This document shows, piece by piece, positions 10,463-22,200 of a stretch of 64,000 nt of DNA. The stretch covers positions 5,952,001 to 6,016,000 of the forward strand of contig CM060732.1 of NCBI GenBank assembly GCA_030704615.1. Reading direction: 5' to 3'. The position numbers and the translations under genes were made by a program. The DNA is from Takakia lepidozioides. Lineage: Eukaryota > Plantae > Bryophyta. A model generated the notes under the pieces. That model searched no databases. It was not told the DNA's origin and saw nothing but the letters and a program-made list of their open reading frames with translations. The first letter of the stretch is position 1; every line of letters starts with the position of its first letter.

Positions 10463-11400
10463 GGGATTTGTTTGCTAGACCTGTTTGGAGGCATGAGCAC
10501 TGGGCTTGTAAGAGTGTTGCAAGCAGGGATTAAAATACACAAGTACTTATATGTGGAGAATGATGAGATTGCTCGGCGTGTCTCCATGTGCCATATTGTC
10601 GTGCTCACACACCAGTATCCTGAGTTGTTGCATCTCTCAACAAATCAAGGGTACCAAAAGGCCTTGTCAGTAGACGTTACTTTGCTGGGGGCGGATGATT
10701 TGGACTGACATGGTGACATGGACTTGGTGATAGCCGGATGGCCTTGCCAATGACACTCTCCCGCAGGTCATGGGAATGGTTTGCATGATGCACGGTCGCA
10801 TTTGTTGCGAGTGTTGCGTGACTTGCAGACGAGGTCAGTACAACCTCTAGCCTATATCTTGGAGAATGTTCCTCTTATGGGGGATTCTCGGGCCAGGGTT
10901 ATGGCCAGTGTGCATCAGGTGCGGTCTTGGATTGGATCGGCGGTGCTATTGGATGCAGCAGCGGTGGGATCACGTGCGCATCGACCTCGATTGTGGTGGA
11001 CCAATCTTGCACCACGAGAGCTACTCAAGAGAGCATACGATTCCATTCAACGGCCACCCAATCTCACGATTGAGGGCATTTTGGACTAAGGGAGGCTACC
11101 TCAAATGATGCGACATGATGACCGTCCACCTTTGGCGGTGGTCAATCGAGTGGGGCAGCCACGTGCGGCCTTACCTACACTTATGAGCTTTTCCTCGTCT
11201 CATACTTTCTGAGACGATGGTCCTGGGTTGATTTGGGACAATGTGCTACAACAATTGGTGGAGCCTAATGCGGATGAGCGAGAGCTAGCAATGGGGTTTG
11301 CCACAGGCACTACAGCTGTGACAACTCTGTCAGAGGCATCACGTATGTTGGGTCAAGCAATGGATCTAAATTGCTTAACATGGGTCATTGGCTTGTGCAT
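10463..11400 (+). pseudogene. Retrotransposon-encoded C5 DNA cytosine methyltransferase, DNMT3-like, with in-frame stops
   Basis: All in one frame: motif I ICLLDLFGGMSTG, motif II YLYVEND, motif IV DLVIAGWPCQ (Cys codon 10745-10747), motif VI YILENVP, motif VIII LDAAAVGSRAHRPRLWWTNL, motif IX ERELAMGF and motif X SRMLGQAMD. Confidence 0.9.
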
Positions 11401-11903
11401 GGCTGAGCAATGGAGAATGCAAGCAGTGGTGGCTACTTCGGCTCTCCCATTGGATAGTGCATCCTCCATACCAACCAGAACGACCGAATCATGGGGTGCA
11501 AACACCCATGACAAATGTGGGATGAGATGCGCAAAGAGAGAGTCATTGGATCTCTCAAGCAACGATATGAGGAGTGGGGAGAGCTATATACTGAGGATCA
11601 GTTGGAGGCCAAGGTGACCAAGGTTTTTGAAGAAGTTGAGGATGTTTTTTCCCCAGAGGATGTTCTCAAGGTGGCTATGGCGGAGCAAGTGGAGGCTACG
11701 CAACGGTCAGAGTGGGCGGATAAGGCCCAAGAGGTTGCTATCTAGCAACCAAAGGATGCGTCTCTTACCTCCAAGCCTGATGTACCCAAGATTGCAGTCA
11801 TTGAGGACAATTTGAAACCAGATGTTGGACCTACAGTCGCGGAGGAGAGAGACGGAGGATCCAGTGATTTCTAAGGGCTTATAGGAATTGCTTTGCCTTC
11901 TGT

Positions 11904-13140
11904 TTGAAGGATTTGGGGAGTTTGAAGGGCCAAGAGATTCGTATTGATTTGGCAAGTGACACGCCAATTTTTCGAAGGCCCTACAAGTATAGTGACATGG
12001 AGAGGTCTTTGATCCAGTCACGGACTATCTACGACAATTGGACAGAAAGAAGGATGTGTGGGGACTATCGTCTTGTGAACCGTCCGACTAAGTCTGATAG
12101 ATATGTCATGTCAACTCCAGAGGAGCCAGAGGAGATCTTTGATGCCATTGGGCATACAAAGGTGTTTAACACCTTGGACTTGCGATCCGGTTACCAGCAG
12201 TTGCCAATCAAAGAGGCTGACAGACAAAAGATGGCATTCTGGGGGATTGATCAGTATGGGAAGGATTGTTTGTACCAATGGCGATTCTTACCATTTGGGT
12301 TGAAAAATGCTTCTGCAGAGTTTCAGAGGTTCATGGATAGGATTCTCGCGGAGCTAGACATCACCTGGTGCTACATTGATGACATTTATCGTCTTTAGTG
12401 CTACGGTTGAGGAGCATGAGAGACATCTCCAGGTGGTGTTAGAACGCTTGAGAGCGCATGGGTTGAAACTGCACCCTGGAAAGTGGATGTTCTTCCACGA
12501 TCAGATTGAGTATCTGAGACACATGATATACCGTGTAGGATTAGGTGTTCAACAGACAAAGGTGGAGGCCATTGCATGTATTCCACGTCCCACAGATGTG
12601 AGCAGAGTTCGTGCTTTCATGAGGTTGGCAAACTACTATCGAAGGTTTGTCAAGGGATTTAGCAGCATTGCAAAGGCTCTTACCAAGTTGACCAAGGTGT
12701 ATCAGGAGTGGCAGTGGGAGGAGGAGCAGGAGGAAGCCTTTGAGGAACTCAAGGATCGATTGACTTCTACACCTATTTTGAGGCGGCCTTTCCAGTTACA
12801 TACAGATTGGAGTATGCTGGGGATTGAAGCAGTGCCCACACAGGTGGACGATGAGAGAAGAGAGATTGTGGTGGCATATGTTAGCCGCTCGAACAATGAT
12901 GCTGAGGCGAAATATAGTTCATATGAAGGGGAGTGTCTAGCTGCGGTATGGGCAGTGGCACATTTTAGATGTTACCTCTATGGCAATTTCTTCACCCTTG
13001 TCACAGATTACCAACCATTGAAGTGGTTGATGGAGTCAGATAAGCTTACACGGTGGGCACTTATGCTTCAAGAGTACGACTTCCAGGTGGTGCATCTAGC
13101 CGGTATAGTCAATCGGGATGCAGATGGGTTGAGTCGTAAT
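11904..13140 (+). pseudogene. Ty3/Gypsy reverse transcriptase and RNase H (frameshifted)
   Basis: RMCGDYR..N, LDLRSGYQQ, LPFGLKNA, YIDDI; RNase H LHTDWS, YSSYEGECLA, LVTDYQPL, RWALMLQEYDF, DADGLSR. Confidence 0.95.
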
Positions 13141-13189
13141 CCATGCATGAGCAAGCATGCTCACTACTGATGTTAGCACAAATGTCTAT

Positions 13190-13651
13190 TTGTTATCCAA
13201 GAACCCTCAACCATACATGGTTTGAAGTCATTACCTTGTAGCCGGTGGAAGGCTTGTAATATGATGTGCTTAATACACTGGAAACAAACGTTGTTGTTGG
13301 CTTTGTCCACACCGGAAATATAAAGATGACTTAGTTCTCCCAACAATAGTCAGTGAGCCATACATGCATAGCTCCCAACCATTCACATGAACTCAGGTTT
13401 AGCAAAGTACAGACCTGGTCCCAAGCAAGTTGGACTGAAGTGACCACCTCATGCAAGTACAAAGGACGCATGGGAATGTGATTCAGCCCACAAGTAAACA
13501 AATGTCTCAGTTGTGTATGTCTTATGATATTGACATCCATAGACCTTACATGTGTGCATGCTTCTAAATTCACATCATGAAATTTATCACTAGTCAAAGG
13601 ATCAACAAAAGCTTGCAATCGCTTGGACTTGGAACAACCACATGTATTCAA
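13190..13651 (-). mobile_element. Penelope-like retroelement fragment (region N-terminal to RT)
   Basis: TCGCSKS...HVRSMDVNIIRHTQLRHLFTCGLNH followed by HLYISGVDKANNNVCFQCIKH. This matches my recollection of the CxC..HV.TGDL..I....LR.L..KG and DKA.NN..C motifs upstream of PLE RT. Confidence 0.55.
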
Positions 13652-13699
13652 ATAGAGCTTATGTACACACTATACACTCACTTATCCCACAAATCCCTA

Positions 13700-16040
13700 T
13701 TAAAGAACTCAATGTTTGTTGCAACTTGGAAGCTTTATGGCCCCATCAAGTACCAAGAACTCTGTGGAGGTTTTGAAGGGGTAAAAGGTCAAAGAAAACT
13801 GACACGAGGATGTGGAGGTTTTAAAAGAGGAGGTAAAAGCCGTAAAAGAGAAACGATATAAGGTTGTGTAGGTCTTAAGGGAGGAGGTGAGATAGGTCAA
13901 AGAAAAACGACACAAGGATATTGGCCGTTTTGAAAGGTGAATGCCTCAGACTCGTTTATAAGATGTTCAACACGGCCTCCCGTGACGACGACATGGACAT
14001 CAACGAAGATTTTGTTTTTTCTCAAGGTGAATGATATACCTTTAATATTTGTAATATCTCGAAAGAACTCGATGTTGTTGCAACTTGCAAGCTTTATGGC
14101 AACCATCAAGGACCTTAAGAACTTTGTACAGGTTTTGAAGGGAGGAGGTGAGAAAGGTCAAAGAGAATCGACACGAATATGTGGAGGTTTTAAGAGAGGA
14201 GATTAGAGAGGTCAAAGCGAAATGACACAAGGATATCAAGTGCGAATTAGCCGTTGTGAATGGCGAATGCCTCAAACTCATTATGAAATCTTCAACAGGG
14301 CTTACTGAGGCGACGACATGGACATTAACGAAGAATATTTTTTTTCTCAAAGTGAGTGACATACCTTTAATATTCGTATCAGATATGTAGTCTCAGTACT
14401 CAATTGGGAAAAGTTTGGTTTCTTTATAGGTATAATGAACTTAATAATTGGATTATTTAATATTATACCATAGTAGATGAAGAAGTTCTACAAGTATTTG
14501 TTGAAATTTTCCATAAATTTTCTTGAAGTATTTTCTTGAGTTAGATGTCATCGTGTCGTCTCTTATAAAAATCAAGATAAATTATATGTATTCATTGAGT
14601 TTAGATAATCTTAATATAATAACTTGGGGTTGAAGTTGCACATTTGCTTATCCGACAAACCCCTAAATTTTGGCCATGCAAAAAGATTGCAACTAACAAG
14701 CTTTATGGCGACCATCAAGGACCTCAAAAACTCTGTAGAGGTTTTGAATGGAGGAGGTGAGAGAGGTTAAAGAAAATGACACGAGGATGTAGAGGTGAGA
14801 GAGGACGTTAAAAAAACGACATAAGGATGTAGAGGTTTTAGAGGAAGAGGTGAGATAGGTCAAAGAGAAACAACACGAGAATAGCATCGCAAATTGACCG
14901 TTGTAAATGGCACTAGTAGTAATCCGTGCTTTTCGAATGGTGAGTGCCTCAAACTTGTTTTTGAGATCTTTAACATGGCCCACCGAGGTGTCGACATGGA
15001 CATCTACAAAGAATATTTTGTTTTCTCAAAGCAAGTGACATACCTTTACCATCTGTACCGGATATGTCTTCTCAGAACTCCATCGAGACAAGTCTGATTT
15101 CTTTATAGGTATCAGAGTTCAATAGTTTGATTCTTTAATCTTAGACTATAAGAGATGAAGTTCTCTAAGTATTTGTTGGAGTGTCGTCTCTTCTCGTAAT
15201 TGAGATGAATTATATCTATTTATTGAGTTTAAATAATTATATTGTAATATTTTTAATCAATTTATTATTGAAACCATTCAATCTTGAGCACCACAAATGA
15301 TTGTGTGTGTGTTTTTCAACCAATAGATCATTAGGAAAGGACATTCAATATTATTCATTGAATTGAGGAGTGAATGGATGTTTTTTTTAATCAAATCCCC
15401 ATAAAACTCAAAGATGAAAACAATATGCCTCTCTATCATATTTGTTGTATGTATTTGGAATTTTTGCAATCCTTGCATAATTGTCTATGCTAGGTTTCCA
15501 CTATCTTGTAGAAATTGTATATGATGTACAGATGATAATCGTTTCTCTCCAAGTTCTTTATAGGTATAAGAGCTTAATAGTTTGATTCTTTAATCTTAGA
15601 TTATAATAGATGAAGAAGTTCTATGAGTATTTGTCAGAGTTTTTCATGATATTTTCAGAAGCCTTTTATTGAGATAGATGTCATCGTGTTGTCTCTTCTC
15701 ATAATTGAGATGAACTATATGTAATCATTGAGTTTAAATAAATAGATTGTAATATTTTAATCAATCTATTATTGAATACATTCATTCTTGAGCACCACAA
15801 ATGATTGTGAGTGTGTTTTTCAACCAGTTCAATATTATTCATTGAATTGAGGAGTGAACGGATGTATTTTTTTCTATCAAATCCCCATAGAACTCAAAGA
15901 TGAAAAAACAACATGCATCTCTACTATATTTGTTGTATGTATTATGAATTTTTACAATCCTTGTGTAACTATCTATGTTAGGTTCTCACTATCTTGTAGA
16001 AATTATATATGATGTACAAATGACAATCATTTCTCTCCAT
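13700..16040 (+). repeat. Degenerate tandem segmental duplications
   Basis: A ~350-bp unit at about 13702, 14062 and 14697. A second unit starting tctttataggtat occurs at about 14421, 15100 and 15555; the last two copies are ~455 bp apart. Confidence 0.8.
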
Positions 16041-16217
16041 GGAAGTTGGCGCTTTCATTGGACTGATGTAGGTTAGATAAATAATCATGGAGCTGTAAAA
16101 CTAGATGAACAATATAAATCACGTCAACCCAAAATGTGATTAGACAAATTTTTTGGAAAATTAAAAATTTATGTTTGTTTGGATTTGGACACAAAGGTGA
16201 TTGCATCATTGGCGAGT

Positions 16218-19200
16218 ATGGCAAAAAAATCCAAAGGGGGAGCAAAAGCCCCGAAACATGTGTTGGCTTATGGAGATGAAGCGTATTGGGATAATCGCTA
16301 TACCCAAGAGCCAAATTCGTTTGATTGGTATCAACAATACTCCGGCTTGGCACATATAATCAATACATACATTCCTAAGACAAACCGCATATTGATTATT
16401 GGGTGCGGTAATGCAGGTGTGCAATTGGGGTAATTTTATTTGTTGCACATATTTATGTAAAAGACTGCTTGGGAACTTAGAATTTTTCTAATTGCTCTTG
16501 CAATTTCATTATTTGCTCAACACGTACAATATAGATTTTTTTTAAAAATCATATGTTGCAATAGATGTTTTTAAGGTTGGGATTTTTGTAAACAATGTCT
16601 TATCTTGACGTATAAATTAGATATATAGTTCAGAATTGTAATTACTGACCAATTCAATGTCAAAACTCTAGTACGGTTGGTAGAATTGGAATGTTTAGCT
16701 GGCAAATTGTAATTATTGTCCTCCTTATTCAATCCTACATGTCTCTTGTCAATTTTGATTAAGAAAAACAGCCCAGTTAATTTCTAATGTTTGCACCTTG
16801 ATGCAAACAACTAATCAAAAAATTTAAATTGATAAAATGATTACTTACAATTCATTCTACAAAGAATGAGATTTTTTTCCTATACGATCCTCTTTATTTT
16901 TTGGGCATATATCTTTATTTTTATATCTCATCTACCTCCATTTAGGTTTGTCTTATGGATTATCTGAAAATAGAACCAAACATTAAATAAGAGAATTATT
17001 AATAACTTTGTAATATAAGGAGAACTTACTTTGATGCAAGAAAATAAATAAAAAATAAAAACTATAATAGACAGTTTTTCTCTTATGGGAAATGGCCAAA
17101 ACTTTTATAAATCGATTTCATTGTCCCTAATACTGAAATTTTGGATCTATTCTTGCGGGTTATGGGACAGACATGTCAGAGGATATGATGAAAGATGGCT
17201 TTACAGAAATTGTAAATATAGATATATCTTCTGTTGTGATTGGAGCAATGCAAACAAAATACAAGGGGGTGAAGGAAATGACATGTACTGATTGAACACT
17301 TGTTGAGCATGATTTTATTCTCGATAGAAAACATGGTCTTTCTAATAATAAGGGATTTTGTTTACATATGCAACTCATCTACCAAGTTATTAATGTCAAT
17401 AAGTGATTTTTGATGCTCTACTTATACGATGAAACAACTGAATCTAAAATTCTGAATATGAGCTTGTCAGATATATTAGCTTTATATAAAGATATTTGTT
17501 GGTTTTTTAAATAATTTTGTTCCATATTTGAAAATTTGAAAATTTCTTCTTAAAGAGCATTACACTGAGAAGCCAACAGTGTTTGATAAGAAACGCAGTC
17601 TTTAGGATGGATGTGCGAGAACTCAAGATGTTCAAAGAGCTGACATTTGACTCTGTTGTAGATAAAGGTAATTGTGATTTTATTCTCATTTGGATTAGAT
17701 GCAAACCTAAACAAAAACATAGTTCAAGTAGTTGATTGATAAGGACATTCTTTTATTTATTGAATATCATCCATATTCAATTAAAGTTGTAGTATCATAA
17801 TCTATACGATATTGAAATTTGAAGATTGGTGAGGTCTTTAGGACATGTTATGGAATTTATATTAGTCCATGATCAAAATTACAAATATCAATGTTTGACA
17901 TTTGTAATTGGCTGTGAATAGTGAAACACGTTTTTATAAATTAGGTTTTTGTATCATTGTTCATGTGGACTCTGCGGTGTGGGTTTTGGGCGACATTTGT
18001 ATTTTAGGCATGCTCGACTCCCTATTGGTAAGTCTTATTTTGAAACATTATTTAAGAATATGTTCAATGACATTTATGTTATGAAATTAATATAATATAT
18101 TCCTTTAATTAGCCGATCAATTTCTTTTTTGTGTTAGATGGTGGAGGTTTTTATATTGTATTTCATTTTTTGTGGGAATAACGTAGATGGACGGGTAAGG
18201 TGTGGAAAATGATCTATATGTAGATTGTTTACTGCAAGAATGTCCTTATTGGAAAAGATAAAAGATACTAATACATTCAATGTACATATGTCTGCTTAAT
18301 TACATCGGAACAACGATATTACAATGTCTGGGTCTTGGATTTTTAGAGTAATTAGTTTAGCCAAAGTGAACAAGAGTTTCAAAACAGACATTTATAATTT
18401 TATTGAATATGAATTAATTAATTAATTAATATGGGAATACGTTCTTGAACAATACTATTCTAGAGCATTTTAGACTCTAATTGCTTTAATTTTTCCCACA
18501 AAGCTATTCTTTCTGGATCATTTTGTACAATATTAAGGTGTATGTTCCAAAATTTTACCCACTATTTCATCTTATTTTTCGTTTGGTTCCCATATTGCTC
18601 CAAGTCTCTTTTGACCGCCATTAATAATGAGGTCATAATTTGTGAGTCAAAACATGATTATTATTTATTAAATTGATGATGATTATTTTTCAAATATTTC
18701 ATGGATTTGGCAAAGTCTAATGCATCAATATTGAGTGGATTATCTTGATGTTGTCTCTATTTTGTTGTGTGTGGTCTCTGATCTCATTGACTTGGTGACC
18801 TCAGTGTGGAGCCGATGCTTATACGAGTGTACAACAAATGCTATCAGAAGTCCGCAGGTTATTGTTTTTTCACTCATTGTTTGCATTGATAGGTTATTTT
18901 TCCCCGCTCTTTATAAATATTGCTTTCAAACTCAACGTGTTGTTAGAATCTTTTGACAAAATCACTTATGGTACTAAAGGATATTCTATGAATCTTACAA
19001 AATATTTGGGATTTTATTTTATTTAAACTAATTATATATCTTGAGGGTTATAATAAATCATTCATATCGTATCATAATTCTCGGTATGGCTATATCTACA
19101 TAGGAATTTTCATATAAGGTGGAGTAAAATTGTTGAATATTTGTGGAATGAAGTGTGAAATGTAACAAAAATATTATGTTTTGATCTCGAGCAGCTTATT

Positions 19201-22200
19201 TGTCTTAGCCAATGATTAAAGTTGAATCTCTCTAATAGATTTTACGCTACATGACATTGGGTTTAAGCATTAACTTTGATCTCTAGTAGCTCAACCAATT
19301 AACAAACAAATGTACTACAAAAATACTTCAAAACATGTCTAAAATTATCTATATGAAACCTATAAGTCTTGAGCTATATAAGCTTTTAATTAATTTATGA
19401 GTTTTAACACATTGAAAAAAATATAAGTATGGATTCTTGCCAAAGCAAGCGTAATTACTTATGATGTCACTTGATCCCCAAGGACTACTGCATTCCGATG
19501 GGAAGGTGTATACACCTTCATGACATCCAACACAATGCTTATGTGGTTTTGAGCCCACAACCACTAGAGAAATGGTATTATGCTCTAACCACTGGACTAT
19601 CTATTGGATGGAAAAAATGTATGTGGTTTGTGCCAGAGTTTTGAGACCAGAAGGTGTATATGTTTTGGTACGTACCCCATGTTTTTTAACTTACATTATT
19701 GTTTTGATGTGATAGGAAATTGGATGAATATAGTTTTATGTGTATATCGGTACAAAACTAACAATAATATTAAAATTAAAATTAAAAAAAACTCAAGCAA
19801 AAGCAAACGTGTAACTTATGATATCATTTCATTCCGAAGAACTTTTACGTTCCATTTGGAAGATGGACGCTCTAATGGCAGTAACTGGGGCAATGCGGTT
19901 GCCCAACTCTTCCCCAAGTACTCCAAAGTTCCCAAGTGTCCACACATTAAGTAATTAGTTGACCCAGGTACTCCCCTTTTATAGCTAGGTTGGCCATAAT
20001 GGGTCAGATCCAATATACACCTATGTGGCTTTGAACCCACGACCACTTGTACGACGGCACTTGGCTGCCATCTGTAGTGGAGGCTCAAAACTAGCATAAT
20101 TGGGGACAAAACTTCCTCTCATACATATATACTAGGGTAGCCTCTGCCGTTGGCCCAAGTGTCGAGTGTCATCTAAGTCCAAGTGCAATCCCCTATGTAT
20201 CCAAGTGCGTCTCCTATGTCGAGGCCCAAGTGCGACCTCTAGGGTAGCCTGTGCCGTTGGCCCATGTGTGAAAAATTGAAATCTAAGACCAAGTGCAATT
20301 TCCTATGTATCCCAGTGCGTCTCCTATGTCGAGGCCCATCTAAGGCCAAGTGCAATCTTTTATGTATCCAAGTGCATCTCCCATGTAGAGGCCCATCTAA
20401 GGCCAAGTGCAATCTTCTATGTATCCAAGTGCATCTCCCATGTAGAGGCCCAAGTGTCCACTGTCATCTAAGCCCAAGTGCAATCTTCTATGTATCCAAG
20501 TGTTTCTCCCATGTAGAGGCCCAAATGCGACCTCCAGTGTCCAATGTCATCTAAGTCTAAGTGCAATCCCATATGTATGCAGAGACCCTACAATTTGGAA
20601 GCTCTCCACGTCATTGTTCCAGCAAATCCTAGTTTGCTATTTTTGCAATCTCCCCTGTCGAGGCTTCATATATTGATATATCCACTTTTCTATTTTTTAC
20701 GAATTTCCAACGACCAAAAGTACTTGAAATTCCAGATCTCCCACATGAAGGGCCCAATCATTGCTCCAGGAAAGCCCACTTTGCTATTTTTTGGGAATTT
20801 CCAGCGACCAAAAGTACTTGAAATTCCACATCTCCCACACCGCAGTCCAAAATTTATGAGACCAAGTCGGTGCACCCCTCCTCATCCAGGGCTTTCCAAC
20901 GGTACCAAGCACCAGGGCTGGGGCCCCGCAGTTCGGGACATCTCAACGTGTCAAAACAAACAAAACAAACTGGCTTGCTTCATATATTGACTAGGGTAGC
21001 CTGTGCCGTTCGTCCAAGTGTCCAGTGTCATCTAAGTCCAAGTATAAGATCTTCTATTCATGTATCCAAGTGCATCTCCCATGTAGAGGCCCAAGTGTAC
21101 AACTTCATCTAAGCCCAAGTGCAATCTCCTATGTATCCAAGTACGTCTCCAATGTCAAGGCCCAATTTATTTTTTCCATGAATTATTGAGTAGCAATATA
21201 TCCAATCATTATTGATATATCTCCCGTCAAGGCTCCAATCGTTGCCCCAGGAAAGCCCACTTTGCTATTTTTCACAAATTTCCATCGACCGAATGTACTT
21301 GAAATTCCATATCTCCCACACCGCATGTCCAAAAATCATCATACCAAGTCGGTGCACCCCTCCTCATCAAGGGCTTTCCAACGGTACCAAGCACCAGGGC
21401 TTGGGCCTCGCGGTTTGGGACATCTCAACGTGACAAAAACAAAACAAACAAACTAGCTTCCTTCATATATTGACTAGGGTAGCCTGTGCCGTTGGCGCAA
21501 GTGTCCAGGGTCATGTAAGCCCAAGTGCAATCTCCTATGCATTCAAGTGCGTATCCTATGTCTAGGCCCAAGTATGACCTCCAGGGTAGCCTGTGCCGTT
21601 GGCCCAAGTGTCGAGTGTCATCTAAGTCCAAGTGCAATCCCCTATGTATCCAAGTGCGTCTCCTATGTTGATGCCCAAATGCGACCTCTAGGGTAGCTTG
21701 TGCCATTGGCCCAAGTGTCGAGTGTCATCTAAGCCCAAGTGTAAGATCTTCTATGTATCCCAGTGCGTCTCCTATGTCGAGGCCCAAGTGCGACCTCTAG
21801 TGTAGCCTATGCCGTTGGCCCATGTGTGAAGAACTGAAACCTAAGACCAAGTGCAATTTCCTATGTATCCAAGTGCGTCTCCTATGTTGAGGCCCAAGTG
21901 CGACCTCTAGTGTAGCCTATGCCGTTGGCCCATGTGTGAAGAATTGAAACCTAAGACCAAGTGCAATTTCCTATGTGTCCAAGTGCGTCTCCGCTATGTC
22001 GAGGCCCATCTAAGCCCAAATGCAATCTTCTATTCATGTATCCAAGTGCATTTCCCATGTAGAGGCCCAAGTGTCCGATGTCATTTAAAATCTCCTATGT
22101 ATCCAAGTACGTCTCCCATGTCAAAGGCCTCATTTATTCTTTTCCATGAATTTATTGAGTACTAATATATCAATGTATCTCCCGTCGAGGCTCGTCGAAG

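Larger units (their letters stand above)
7710..13140 (+). mobile_element. Degenerate Ty3/Gypsy LTR retrotransposon carrying a DNA cytosine methyltransferase; 3' truncated (no integrase or 3' LTR)
   Basis: Order: putative LTR, PBS, gag remnant, protease remnant, DNMT, RT (YIDD), RNase H. Confidence 0.85.

Noticed and set aside
10463-11400. Host DNMT3/DRM gene or processed pseudogene
   Set aside because: It is intronless, in frame with gag/protease, and has no separate insertion hallmarks. Motif order is not DRM-permuted.
13150-13700. Hammerhead ribozyme associated with the PLE fragment
   Set aside because: No CTGANGA...GAAA core with flanking stems was found by eye.
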